A stretch of 64,000 bases of DNA, taken from positions 105,526,001 to 105,590,000 of the forward strand of contig NC_045696.1 of NCBI RefSeq assembly GCF_009834535.1, in the 5' to 3' direction. Positions 46,130 through 59,178 of the stretch are shown piece by piece (the stretch's first letter is position 1; each line of letters begins with the position of its first letter). Both the position numbers and the translations under genes were made by a program. The notes under the pieces were generated by a model, which was not told the origin of the DNA, did not search any database, and saw only the letters and a list, made by a program, of their open reading frames with translations. The stretch is from Camelus ferus (lineage: Eukaryota).

Positions 46130-49100
46130 TACAAGATTCATCCATGCTGTCTTGTGTATCAATAGTTCATTCTCCTTTTTGTGATGTGTAGTATTCCATT
46201 GTCTGAATATAGTCTGATTTACTTGTCAATCCTCTTTGTAGATGGATATTTAGGGTGTTTCCTTTTTTAGTTTTGGACTATTATGAATCAGTCTGTTATG
46301 AATGATGTTATGCTTATTTTCATCCTAGATACATAACACAGAGTAAAATTGTTGGCCATATGTATGCATGTTTAGCTGTTGTAGATAATGCCAAATAGTT
46401 TTCCAAAGTGGTTGGGTCGATTAATACTCCTACCAAGCATTATAGAGGGTTTCCACAACCCTGTCAGCACTTGGAATTTTCAGGTGGTTATTATTGTCTG
46501 TCTGTCTGTATGTTTGTCATGCTGGGCGTATATAGAACCTTCTCATTTCAGTCTTAATTTACATTTCTAATGTAAGTAATGATCAAATTTTTCATATGTT
46601 TATGGCCATGTGGAGATCTTTTGAGAAATATTTGCCCCCAAGTCTTGCTCATTTTTAAAATGGATTGTTTGTCTTTTTGTTACTGATTTAAAAGAGTTCT
46701 TTATATATTCTAAACACAAGTCTTTTGTTATATATGTATTGCAAATATCTTCTCCCAGTCTAAGGCTTTTTTATTTTCTCTTTAAATTTTTTTTGACAAA
46801 TTTTTTTTTTGTGCTTTTTGTGTCTTGTTTAAAAAACTCTTCCTATCCCAGGGTTGTGAAAATCTCTATTTTCTTCTAGAAGATTTATTTTTAATTGAAT
46901 TATAATTGACATACAGTATTATATTATTTCAAGTGTACACATAATGGTTCAATAATTTTATACATTATGAAATGATCACCACAATAAGTCTAGTTAACAT
47001 CTGTCACCATACAAAGTATTGCAATATTATTGACTGTATTCCCTATGCTGTACATTATATCCCTGTGACTTATTTATTTTCTACCTGGAAGTTCCTACCT
47101 CTTAATCCCCTTCACCTGTTTTACCAGTCTCCCTACCCACCTCCTTTCTGGCAACTGCCCATTTGTTCTCTGTATCTATGAGTCTGTTTCTGTTCTGTCT
47201 TGTTTGTTCATTTGTTCTGCTTTTTATTCTACATATGAGAGAAATCATATGGTATTTGTCTTTGCCTTATTTCACTTAGCACAATATCCTCTAGGCCCAT
47301 CTATGTTGTTGCAAATGGCAAGGTTTCATTCTTTTTTATGGCTTAGTAATATTCCATTGTATATTATACCATAACTTCTTTATCCATTCATCTATGGATG
47401 GACACATAGGTTGTTTTCATATCTTGGCTATTGTAAATAATGCTGCAATGAACATGGGGGGGTATATATATCTTTTTGAATTAGTGTTTTTGTTTTCTTT
47501 GGATAAATTACCAAGAGCAGAACTGCTGGCTTGTATGCTAGTTCTATTTTTAATTTTTTGAGGAAATGCCATACTGTTTTCCATAGTGGCTGCACCAATT
47601 TATCTTCCCATTAACAGTACATGAGCATTTTCTTTTCTCCACATATTTGCCAACACTTGCTATTTCTTGTCTTTTTGATAATAACCATTCTGACAGGTGA
47701 CAGGTGATATCTCATTGTGGTTTTGATTTGCATTTCTCTGATGATTAGTGATGTTGAGCATCTTTTCCTGTTTCTGTTGATCACCTGTATGTCTTCTTTG
47801 GAAAAATGTCTATTCAAGTCCTTTGCCCATTTTTTAATTGGATTATTTGGCTTGTTTTTTTTTTTTGTTTTGTTTTTTGCTATTGAATTGTATGAATTCT
47901 TAAATAGTTTACCAATGCTTTATTGGATATATCATTTACAAATATATTTTCTCATTCAGTAGATTGCCTTTTCATTTTGTTGATGTCTAGAAGCTTTATT
48001 GATTAACCCTTCATATTTAGGTCTATGATCTACCTTAAATTTTATATGGTGTGATCCCTATCAAGGGTTTTTGTTTTTGCTTTTGTTTTGTATACAGATA
48101 TCCAATTGCTTTAGCATCGATGTTGGCAAACACGATCCTTTCCCCCACCAAACTGTAGTGACACCTTTGCTGTAAATCAAGGAACCACATACTGAGTCTT
48201 TCTATTCTGTTCCATTAGTTTATTTTTCTATCTGTGCCAATAGTACACTGACTTAACAAGTCACAGTTACTGTGGCTTTACAGTAAGTCTTGAAATCTGG
48301 TAGTGAAAATTCTCCAACTTTGTTCTTATTCTTCAAGATTGCTTGGCTACTCTAGGTCTTTTGCTTTGCAACATAAAGTTTGGAATCAATTTGTCACTAT
48401 TCACATCAAAAAATTCTGTTGGAAAGTTGATTAGGGTTGAGCTGAATTCACAGATCAATTTGGAAAGAATTGACATAGTGTTAAATATTGAATTTTCCAG
48501 TCCATGAACATGAAATATCTATTCATTTACTTAGCTCTTCCTTAAGTTCTCCCAGCACTGTTTATAATTTTCAGTGTAGAGGTTATATGCATCTTAAATA
48601 GACTTATTCCAGATACTTAATGTTTGATGCAATTATAAATAGTGTCACCTTTAAAATTTCATTTTCCAATTGCTGGTTACTGGTAATAGAATTACACATG
48701 ATTTTATATAATGTCTTTATATAAAATGGTTTTACTAAATGTACTTATTAATTATGCTAATGATTATTAATAGTTTTCAGATTCTTTTGAATTTTCCAAT
48801 ATATAATCATTTCACCTGCAAAGAAAGACCTGTATCCTTTTGCTTTCCAGTCCTGTGTCTCTTAGCGCTTTCCAGGCGCCCCAGAACAGTGGTGAAAGAC
48901 GTAGTGATAGTGGACACCTCTGTCTTGTTTCCAACCTCAGGAGGAAAGTGTCCAACATTTTACCACTGAGTGTGATGCTATAAAGGTTTTTCCTTATGTT
49001 AACTATAAGTTTTTTCTGTAGATACCCTTTATCAGATTGAGAAGATTCCTTTCCACTCCTAGTTTGCTGAGAGTTCTTTTTCAGTCATGAATGGATGCTG

Positions 49101-49135
49101 AATTTTATCAAATACTTTCTTCTACATCTACTGAG
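46130..49135 (-). mobile_element. Old L1M ORF2/3' fragment, host to the insert at 46890
   Basis: T-rich strand with ORF2 remnants, e.g. TCTCCAACTTTGTTCTTATTCTTCAAGATTG and CCTTTATCAGATTGAGAAGATTCCTTTCCACTCCTAGTTTGCTGAGAG. Confidence 0.85.
46890..47985 (-). mobile_element. 5'-truncated L1 nested in L1
   Basis: TSD TCTAGAAG(A/C)TTTATT at 46875-46889 and 47986-48000; ORF 47611-47817 [22 protein letters not shown]. Confidence 0.93.
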
Positions 49136-50469
49136 CACAAGCAGTACCACAATTCACAGCATGATAAACTCTTTGGAGGGCCTTAAAATGAAAGATGTTG
49201 GGAACTGTTAACATCACCCCTTTGGAATGTCTATATGGAAATGGAAAAACTAATGGAGCTGGTGGAGAGTCAGTGAAAGTCTGTTACTGAGAGGCCTTTG
49301 CCTATTAGAGATTGAGAAGTATCCTTTTTTCCAGTCCAAAATTCAAATATTATTATCTTGGTGCTAGTTTTTAATTAACTATTTTGTGCTAATGTTGGTG
49401 TTACCCAGGCATTAAATCCAGAGCTGTGTTTCTTAGGTCTCCCTGCCTTTGGGGAAAAAAGCTGCTGGGTTCTCTAGGGGCCCAGATCTCCCCCATCACC
49501 AGCCTCCCCAGAGGCAGGTGGTTGAACTGTTCCTGGAGAAGAATCAGGAAAGGATCTCCTTCCCCTCCCTTTCCTCCCAACAAGTCCCCAGTACCTCCTG
49601 GTGCAACCTCAGCATTCAGAATGGACTCCGCAAGCCCTGTCTACCTACTCCCTCGTCTACCTCCCCAGAGTAGGACGTGGGACATGGGCATCACTTATGT
49701 GGGGTGGGAGCAAGCGAGGAGTGGGATGGGGTATATTGCTGAGTGATCTGGAGTCTAGGAAAGCCCACCATGCAGGGTGTCCCTCCCAGCCCAGACCCAG
49801 GAACCTGAGTACTTTCTTCCCTGGGATCTTGCCATACTTGAGGGCACTTCAAACAACCTCATTAGCAGGGCTCAAGAATTACAAACTAATAAACAGCCTA
49901 ACACCTTCAGGTGCTGCAATCTGGGTGTAAATTGTCACCAGAGAGATCAAAGAGGGTCAGCAGAATTTGGGGGGACAAGGCCTCCTGCCCAGACCAAATT
50001 GGAGCTCTTTTGTGGGCCTTGCTAGTTCAAAGTCATCACCAGTTCCTTAGTGAGGAAGGTCTGGGTGTTGACATAAACTCACTCTGAGCTATTGGGAGTT
50101 AACCCCATAGCACACTACGTTCAGAAACTCCCAACTACAGCATTTGTCATCCTCATAAAGTCTTGACCTAAAAAGCCTCTCCCGTCAGACACTGTTAAAT
50201 ACAGTGCCCACGCCAGGTGGATTCTACTTGGGTGTTACAGGAAAGAGTCTGGTGTCCAAACTGAACCAAACCAGACAAGCTCCTCTTGGAGCTGTCTTGC
50301 TGGTATCTTCGCTATTACCACCCTCAGAGTCTGGGGCTGGGAATTCTCCTATCACTATCCCTTCTCCCAGATCCTAACCCCATATCCACACTGGGTCAGG
50401 AGTCCCAGCTGGTTGCTGCTCACCCCCAGCAACTGAGCCCCATCCTTCCACATGGACATTGGAAAGTGG

Positions 50470-50690
50470 CCCATCCATCAAACGTCCCTCTACCCTCAAA
50501 ACCTCTCTGATAACCTCAGTGGGGGCAGCAACCTATTCCCTGAATTCAGAGACCATGCCATTCTCTTCCCATAGCACACACTGTCCTGTAACTGTCCTCT
50601 CTGTTTGTTTTGTCCTCCCTTGTGCTCGTTGAGACCAGGGACCAGGTTTCCTGTTCTTGGTAGCAACTTCTGCTCATTGAACATTCATTT
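50470..50690 (+). mobile_element. L2 3' fragment
   Basis: CCCATAGCACACACTGTCCTGTAACTGTC...GAGACCAGGGACCAGG; weak match. Confidence 0.5.
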
Positions 50691-51739
50691 CTGGGAACAT
50701 TATGGGAAGACTGATGGAGTAAGTACCACCTCCTGGATCATTCCTGGCCCCCTTGCCATGCTTGGGATGTCCTGTGGGCCAGCACCTTGGATACCCATCA
50801 TCACTGGGTAGCAGGGTCCTTTCACTGTCAGATCCATCAATCAAGCAGTGAGAAGATGTTAGTCCAACTCTGGGTGAGGAACACCTTCGCCCTGGGAGCA
50901 AACTCCAAGAGTGGTTATTTGGATAAGCCTTTGTCTAGGTGTGGCAACTCTGAGGAGCTGGGCCAGAGGCTTCAGGAAACCCCACAGGGGGGTGTGGTGT
51001 GGACATTGCATTTGGCACACAGCATGCCGGGGGAATCCAGCCAGCAAGACAGCCTGCCTGCCTGCTCACTGGCCGGTCTCTCCTAAGTCCAGAACATTTG
51101 CAAAGCCAGGAGCTTTGGCACAGGGCTGCTCCCATCCTAGCCGGCATGGGTTTATGGATATTAAAAATGTGCTGATGTGAATCACCATGCAGGCACGCTT
51201 CACTAAAAGCGCTGCGCGCAGGAACACTGCTCCTTTTATCGTCTCCTCCACCTCTGCTGGAAACATTCACCCACAGATGATGCGGAGATTAGTGGGGCGT
51301 CAGGCTGCTGCATGTTTCCAGGCCGCCTGTCAGCTCCCATCAGCCACGGCTAGGGCTGCAGAGGAGGCTGGGACACACCTCAGTGCCCCCACCCAGGGCC
51401 CATGGGCAGAGTCTGGAGCAGAATTGTGGCTTGGGAGTGGAGAAGACATTCAGAGTCAAACATTTTCTCAAGTATCCAGGCTGGAGCCATTGACCCATAG
51501 TAATATGGCGGCCAGCCCCTCCAGACTCTCCCAGGTTGTAAATAGCATGAGTGAAAGTCCAAACCCTTTCTTCCCTGGGATAGCCACCCTTACCCTCCCC
51601 TCCCCATGAGGTTGCCAGATAAAATATAGTCCCACAGGAAGGGTGGAAGATGGGCTAGATAGCCCCTTCCCTCCAGGAGGCCTCAGTGCATGCAGGGAGG
51701 TGCCAGATCTGGATACAGACATTCTGAAAATGTCCCTGT

Positions 51740-51930
51740 GGAGGGTTTGGATGCTCTGGGAGCTCAGAGGTCCCCTCTGCTGGGAGATCAGGGAAGGCAA
51801 CACAGAAGAGGAAGTGCTGGAACTGAGCCTTGAAACACAGCTGCATGTTAAACAAACTGAGATGGGGACATGGCACTCCACATGGCAAGAATGCCCTGAG
51901 CAATCGTGGGGAAGTGGGAAAGCACAACAT
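51740..51930 (-). mobile_element. L2 fragment
   Basis: GGAGATCAGGGAAGGCAACACAGAAGAGGAAGTGCTGGAACTGAGCCTTGAA. Confidence 0.7.
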
Positions 51931-52529
51931 CAAGGACCAGGTGCTTTCACACTCTCTGTCCATCCATTTTCAGTATTGCCTTGTCCTCAGGCTGCCTCGA
52001 AGAGTGACTGCCATCGTCCCAGGCACCACAGCCAACCCCAACCTGACCAGAAGCAGAAGAGATCTCTTCCTGTGCGTCCAGGAGCTGCCTCACAGGAGCC
52101 TAGAGTTCCTTGCCAGTGCAGGGAAAGAAAGCCAACTTGAAGCAGGAGGCACTGGCAGGGGAAGGGGCCTGTCTTGGCCTATCTCCGACCAAGGCACTCC
52201 TGTGCCAATAGTGAGAACTGGCCCACGGCTGCTGTGCCTTCATTGTCCACAGAGTGGTCTAGACTCCCCAGGTACACTGCAGAGGGCAGAGGCTGTGTCT
52301 CATACAGTCTGCCCACAATCTAGCATGCTGTTTGGCTCATAGTAGACTCTAAGGGCCTCATCTGGAAAACAGAATCACAACACCCATCCTCATTGAATTA
52401 TTGTCAGCACCTACTTGGGGCCACCACATGGCATGGCTCCAGGAGGCCGTATCCACATGGAGGACAGAGGGAGCCATGATGCTGCAGTCCTGGCCCTCTT
52501 TATGCCACTCATGGTGGTCAGGCTAGTGG

Positions 52530-52760
52530 GGCCAACATTTACAGTATTCACACCACATTATATTCCAGCTGAATTATCTCAATCAGCCCTTCCAATCTTT
52601 AAAAGCGAGGCAGGGCACTATTTTATCCCCATGTGGAGAAACTGCGGCACAGAGCATTAAACAACCTATTCACTATCACACTGGTAACCAGTGACAGTGT
52701 GGGACGTGAACCCTGTCAGTCGGCCTGAGAGCCTGTGTGTTGAGCCACTGTGCACCACCC
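52530..52760 (-). mobile_element. MIR
   Basis: CACTATTTTATCCCCATGTGGAGAAACTGCGGCACAGAGCATTAAACAAC. Confidence 0.7.
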
Positions 52761-53919
52761 CCCTGCCCCTGAGAAGACCCCAAACTTTCCATCTACAAAA
52801 AGTACCTTCAGGATCCCTCAGAAGACACCCCCAGATTGTAGACATTCAGCTCAGCACAGCCAGCGAGGGCCTTGGCAGCCCCTAGTCCTCCTCACCTGTC
52901 CACCCTGATGCTCTGTTTCTCAGAGACGAGCCTGAGGCTTAGACAGGGGTGACGGGGCCCCCACCAGTCCTGACCGAGCTCTCTGTAGTAGGTCCAGTGC
53001 CCTCTCCCTGTCTTCCCCGTCTTTCCGAAAGAAGCCCTACCTGTCCTCTGTGAGAGACACGGGGATGGATGGTAGCCACATCAGGAAGGTGTCCCCAGGG
53101 CTGAGGCAACTCTGGGCATGAACCCAGCCAACTCTCCTGGCCTTTTGCTGATGACTGGATACAGCCTGAGCTGAGGGGCTCCTTATAGGGTGTCCCTTAT
53201 AGGAAACGCTAACCAGGCCCCAGAGACCCTTCAGAGAAATTGGTCTCCCTCTCACCACCCAAAAGGAGGGAAGAGGAGGGGCTGAGCCTCAGAGCCCAGG
53301 CAGGTTCAGCAAACATCCAGAACTCCTTCTAGGGCCTGCCCTGGACCCAGGGACCACCATGGGAAGACAGGGGCATCCAACATCCACCCCAGCTGTAGGT
53401 AACCACATTCCCCTTGGTCTGCAGAGAGGAGGAGATGGGAGCATGAAATTCTATGTGAAATTCTTTCCTCTGGGTTAAATCCAGTGTGAATTAGCTAGAT
53501 CTTTTCTTTAGGGTAATTTTGAGGGGTTAGGGGACAGGTGAAGGACCAGCGTATTTAAAAAGGATAACAAGGTCTTCAAATATTCCAAGGTAGAACCTGG
53601 GTTATGTTTTAATAGAAAAATCATGTTTTTAATTACCTACCAGTTAATTAACTTTCAACCAGATATCTCCAGGTACATATGTTACGGGAGGCAGATGAGT
53701 CGTGTTAACCTCTCGGTTTCCAGAACCCCTCCATGCTCATGTGTGTGCCTCTGGTTGAGCGGCCAAAGCTCAGAAACAATTTTAGGACTAGAATCTCAGA
53801 AACAGAAAGAATCTCAGGGGTCACTCAATATAACAGTCATCATCTTGTAACCATAAAGGACCCCTCATGATTCCCCCTGTATCCTGGGAAATCTGATCAT
53901 GACATCAATGCCAATCAGT

Positions 53920-54180
53920 ACTGGGGCCAGGATGGGCTAATCCCTGGGATCACGTAGAGTTGGTACAATTTCAGCCAAACACCAAACCGCATCAGATAAG
54001 CTGGTACTCCTCCTTTGGGTTAAACATTGATTTCTGATCAGCTTCTCAAAATGCTAAAAACAGTTTCATGCTACATTTATTTCTGTTCATCAACCCCAGA
54101 GCATCTTGGACCTGGCCTAACCAACTTCAGGGACTGCCCAGCAACCCTGGAGCAAGTGACGACTGTGTATGGCAGCCCTG
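53920..54180 (-). mobile_element. Possible hAT-Tip100 (MER91-like) fragment
   Basis: The right end reverse-complements to CAGGGCTGCCATACACAGTCGT, resembling the MER91-type terminus; left boundary uncertain. Confidence 0.35.
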
Positions 54181-54759
54181 AAACCGCATACCATATGGCC
54201 ATGTATCCTACAAAAGGAGGCTGGTCTTGTGGCCATCACCCTGGGCAGGGACAGGGGCTGGAAACCAGGCTAGGGGCAGACACAGGCTTCCCCAGAGCTG
54301 TCTCACTTAACATCAGTTTGGTCCCTTTGATGCTTACGGTTGCTGAACTTCACTTTCCATCTGGCTTCCTGGCCAGGCCACTGAGAAAGGCCAGGTGGTG
54401 GGGCTCTGGGACTGTCATCTGAGCCAACGCCCGGCAGCCAGGGCTGAGCTTGAGAGAACAGGATGTGGAGAACAAAAGTCTGCAACTGCTCGGAGACCTG
54501 AGTGCAACAAGGAGCATTCCTTTCGTTCCAGGAGAAACTGGGACTGAGGTGGCTCAGGGACACCTGCTATGTCCCCAGGGAAGGGCTGTCGGAGGCTAAA
54601 GGGACACTAAGGGATGGCCCCATGAAAGGAAGGGTCCATGCAAGTGCCTTTCCAGCCCTTCCTGAGGTGCATTTCCCACCCTGTTCCCAGATGCTTTGCC
54701 AAGTTTCTCTTTTACCTCCTTTAACTTTTCCAGGGAGGTATGCTGTGGGCATCCCGGGT

Positions 54760-54880
54760 TTTTGCTAGAAGCCAGGAAACCTGCGTTCAGGTCCCAGATT
54801 CACCCCACTCTCACCATGTGACCTTTGGAAACTCCCTGTCACTCTCCAGCCTCAGTTTCCTCATGTGTCAAATACAGGTG
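54760..54880 (+). mobile_element. MIR fragment
   Basis: CATGTGACCTTTGGAAA...GCCTCAGTTTCCTCATGTGTCAAAT. Confidence 0.75.
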
Positions 54881-54984
54881 TGTAGGAAGCAGTCATTACA
54901 CATGTCAAAGCAGACACATTTATTGGCTGCAATGGTTGTTTTATGTACATTATTTCTTTTGATCTGAATAAAACATTGCTATTA

Positions 54985-55210
54985 ATAGAGCTTGATATTT
55001 TATTGGGGGTTCACTACTAGCCAGATGCCATGCCAGGCTCTTTATATGTATTAATTCACTTCATCCTCACCAAACCCTCTGATAAAATCCTATTATAATC
55101 TCTTTTTATAGAGAGGAAACTGGGGCACAGAACACTTCAGTGGCTTTCTAAGTTGTACTTCTAATCGGTGGGGAACTTGAACCCTGGTGGCACAACTCCA
55201 GAGCACACAA
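54985..55210 (-). mobile_element. MIR
   Basis: TATTATAATCTCTTTTTATAGAGAGGAAACTGGGGCACAGA. Confidence 0.78.
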
Positions 55211-55926
55211 GGCCACCTTTCTGCTGCTTCCTGATGTTTATATATGACATGGAAATAAGCAGAGCGCCCCCCGGGGAGTCGCTGTGAGCTTTAGATGAGG
55301 GTGGAGAACTTCATGCAACATACAGATGTACTCAAAGCGTGCAACCTCTTTGTCTCACCATTGTCATCATTTCCCTCTTTCTAGTAAGGCTTATAGGTGA
55401 GGTAGCAGACCCTGGTCGCCAACCCTGACAGCAGTGCCCTCCCCACCTCTCCTGACTGCTGTTACATTCATTTAGCTCAAGGTAGCCCCAGAAAGACAAC
55501 CTATTTATTACTGGCCTGCTTTCCTTGCTCCTGGTCTTCAGATTTCTCCCCTTCACCTTGGAGATTCCTCCTGGTGAGAGTCCTCTCCCCAGAGTCAAAG
55601 GCTCTACCTCTCAGAAAAACACTGGATTCCCACCCACTCTGGTAGAGTGACTGACTACAACTTAGCAAGATCTTTCTGTAGGAGCACATCAGTCCTGGGG
55701 ACAGGTACGGGGTGAAGTTCTAAGAGAGGGTTCCTGGGGCAGAGGCGGGGGGGCGGGGTCTTCTGGAATCCTCCAGATCAGCCCCCGCTCCTCGGAACGT
55801 TGATGTCCAGGGCCACCACCTCAAAGCCCAGCAGTCCCTGAGTCTGGGAAGGCATCTGGCTTCAGGTTTTTTGGTAGATGAAGATTTGCCAGTTTGGGAT
55901 TAAAAAAAAAATTCCTCTTGTTCTAA

Positions 55927-55938
55927 ACACATACATAC

Positions 55939-56013
<75 letters not shown>

Positions 56014-56021
56014 GAGAGAGA
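55927..56021. repeat. Compound (CA)n(TA)n(GA)n microsatellite
   Basis: Directly visible. Confidence 0.97.
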
Positions 56022-56119
56022 TCTTAAAAATCCCCATAAACACCCCTTAACCATAATCATCCCTTAATATTTTCATATATATTTGCCCAGATTTGTTTTA
56101 TGATAAAAAGCAAACCTCA

Positions 56120-57590
56120 ACAAATTAAAAATAGAACTACCATATGATTCAGCAATTCCACTTCTGTGTATTTATTAGAAGGACACAAAATCATTGTCTC
56201 AAAAAGATGTCAGTACGTTCATTACAGCATTATTTACAACAGCCAACACCTGGAAACAACCATGTTTGTGCCCATGGACTAATGAATGGATAAAGAAAAT
56301 GTTGTATACAAATGATAAATGCAGGAGAGGGTGTGAAGAAAAGGGAACCCTCCTACAGTGTTGGTGGGAATGTAGTTTGGTGCAGCCATTATGGAAAACA
56401 GTATGGAGATTCCATAAAAAACTAAAAATAGACTTGTCCTATGATCCGGCAATCCCACTCCTGGGCATATATCTGGAGGAAACTCTCATTTGAAAAGATA
56501 CATGCCCCCCAAATTTCACAGCAGCACTATTTACAACAGCCAAGTCATGGAAGCAACCTAAATGTCCAACGACAGATGATTAAAGAAGTTGTGGTATGTA
56601 GATAGATAATGATAAACACTACTCAGCCATAAAAAGGAATAAAACAATGCCATTTGCAGCAACATGGATGGACCTGGAGATTGTCATACTAAGTGAAGTA
56701 AGCCAGAAAGAGAAAGAAAAATACCATATGATATCACTTATATGTGAAATCTAAAAAAAAAAAAAAAAAGACACAAATAAACTTATTTATAAAACAGACT
56801 CACAGACATAGAAACAAACTTACGGTTATCAGGAAAGGGAGGGGTTGGGGAGGTTTAAATTAGGAGTTTGGGATTAGCAGATACACGCTACTACATATAA
56901 AATAGATAAACAACAAGGTCCTACTGTATAGCACAGGGAGCTATATTCAATACCTTGTAATTACCTATAATAGAAAAGAATATGAAAAGGATATATATGT
57001 ACAGCTGAATCACTCTGCTGTACCCCCAAAATTAACATGACATTGTGAATTGATTATACTTACATTAAAAAAAAAGAAAATGTGGAATACATATACAATG
57101 GAATATTACTCAGCCACAACAAAAGACATCCTGCCATTTGCAAAAACATGGATGGAACTTGAGGGCATTATGCTGAGTGAAATAAGTCAGACAGAGAAAG
57201 CCAAATACCATATGACCCACTTATATGTGGAATCTAAAAAATCTCGTAGAAATAGAGAACAGATCGGTGGTTGCCAGTGGTGGGAGTTGGAAGGTGAGTG
57301 AAATAAGTGAATGTGGTCAAAAGGTGCAAACTTTCAATAAGTCCTGAGGATGTAATGTGCAGCATGGTGACTATAGTTAACAATACTGTGTTGTTTATTT
57401 TAAAGTCATTAAGAGAATAGGTCTTAAAAGTTCTCCTCACAAGAAAAAAATTGTAACTATGAGAGGTGATGGATGTTAATTAAATTTACTGTGGCAATCA
57501 TACTGCAATATGTACATGTATCAAATCATTACATTGTACAACTTAAACTAATACATCATACGTTAATTATATCTCAATTAAACTGGGGAA
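56120..57590 (+). mobile_element. L1 3' end (L1MA/MB-like), split by nested L1 at 56311-57072
   Basis: AAAATAGAACTACCATATGATTCAGCAATTCCACTTCTG...; resumes as MWNTYTMEYYSATTKDILPFAKTWMELEGIML. Confidence 0.9.
56311..57072 (+). mobile_element. 5'-truncated young L1 nested in L1
   Basis: 19-bp TSD with 2 mismatches: AAAGAAAATGTTGTATACA (56292-56310) / AAAGAAAATGTGGAATACA (57073-57091). Confidence 0.92.
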
Positions 57591-57723
57591 GGGAGTAAAG
57601 ACACAGTTTGTTTTAAAAATTGGAATAGTAGTGTAGCTACAATTTTGTACCCAGTTTTTTTTTTCATTAAACTTCATTTACATTGCCTGAAATTTTTCAT
57701 ATTAATTTCTAAAGTCTGCTTTG

Positions 57724-58205
57724 TTGTGGCAGACGTGGCAGATTGACTACTCAATAGCCATTTGATTTGATGACACCGCCCCTTAACTTCCTCATTAAAG
57801 AATCCAGAGAGCCACAAATTCTTACCTTCTCAGACTCCTCTGCAGTGAGGAATGGTCACGTGACACAGTTCTGGCCAATAGATGAAAGCAGAACTCACTG
57901 GATGGGTCTTCTGGTAGAGTTTATAAAAAGGGATAGACTCATTCAGCCTTCCTGCCCTTTCTTCTTCCTTCCTTTCTTGAATATCAAAATCATAAATGGA
58001 GGGACAGCAACCATCCTGTGACTGCAAGGATGAAAACAGGAAACTAGATGGAGTCTGTTTCTTAACGATCTCCTTGGGCTGCTGCTTCAGCCTGGATCTG
58101 TTTACTTCTGGACTTCTCAATATTGGGTAAGGAAGAAATCCCTGTCTATTAAAGCTACAGAAGTCACATTTTCAGTTTCTTGCAGCTGAAGGCAACCCAA
58201 GTGCA
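57724..58205 (+). mobile_element. ERVL-type solo LTR (LTR33/LTR16-like)
   Basis: TGTGGCAGA start; GGTCACGTGACACAGTTCTGGCCAATAGATG; CAGCAACCATCCTGTGAC; CTTCTGGACTTCT; TTTCTTGCAGCTGAA end. Confidence 0.8.
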
Positions 58206-58378
58206 TAGCTCTCTATCAAATGAATATATTACAATGTAATATTAAAATTCCCAGCTGATTCACTGCTACTATAAATAATATTGTAATAAATATCCCTCAA
58301 CACATCTTTAGGTGCTTCTCCAATTATTTACTCTGGCTTTATTCCTAGAAAAGGAATTGTTGGTCCAAAGAGAAGGTT

Positions 58379-59178
58379 CAGTAGTCCCCCTCCTCATCCA
58401 GCAGTTTCACTTCCCATGGTTTCAGTTACCTGTGGTCAACTGTGGCCCAAAAATATTAAATGGAAAATTCCAGAAATAAACAATTCATAAGTTTTAAATT
58501 TTGCACCACTCTGAGGAGCATGATGAAATCTCGCACCCTTTAGCTCCATCCTACCCAGGATGTGAATCATCTTTGCCCATGTTTCCCTCCCATTAGTCAC
58601 TTAGTAGCCATCTTGGTTGTCACAGTGCTTGTGTTCAAGTAACCCTTATTTTACTAAATAATGGCCCCAAAGTGCAAGAGTAGTGGTGCTGGCAATTCGG
58701 ACCTGCCAAAGAGAAGCTGTAAAGTGCTTCCTTTAAGTGCAAAGGTGAAAGTTCTAGACTCAGTAAGGAAAGAAAAAAAAAAAACCCTATGCTGAGATTT
58801 CTAAGATCTATGGTAAGAACAAGTCTTCTATCCATGAAATTGTGAAGAAGGAAATAAAATGTGTGCTAGTTTGCTAGTGCCCCTCAAACTACAAAAGTTA
58901 TGGCCACAGTGCATGATAAGTGCTTAGTTAAGATGGAAAAGACATTAAATTTGTAGATCAAGATATTTTCAGAGAGACTACATGCCCACAGCTTTTATTA
59001 CAGTATGCTGTTATAAGTTGTTATATCTCTTACTGTGCCTAACATATAAACTAAACGTTATCATAGGCACGTGTGTATAAGATAAAACAGTTATATGTAG
59101 GTTTCAGTACTATCTGTGGTCCCAGGCATCCACTGGGGGCCTTGGGAAGTATCCCTCGTGGATAAGGGAGGACAACTG
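58379..59178 (+). mobile_element. MER44-like TcMar-Tigger non-autonomous element
   Basis: TIRs CAGTAGTCCCCCTCCTCATCC / GGATAAGGGAGGACAACTG followed by TA; internal AATATTAAATGGAAAATTCCAGAAATAAACAATTCATAAGTTTTAAATT. Confidence 0.9.

Noticed and set aside
49200..49250. TPLECLYG peptide resembling retroviral gag/integrase
   Set aside because: Flanked by stops; no further retroviral motifs nearby.
51643..52342. 165-aa and 170-aa ORFs
   Set aside because: Non-ATG starts, overlap an L2 fragment, no domain.
9706..57301. Protein-like ORFs (9706, 10342, 15523, 28449, 28905, 37275, 44494, 44729, 47611, 56194, 57050)
   Set aside because: All are fragments of L1 ORF1/ORF2 in truncated or disrupted elements; no intact autonomous L1.
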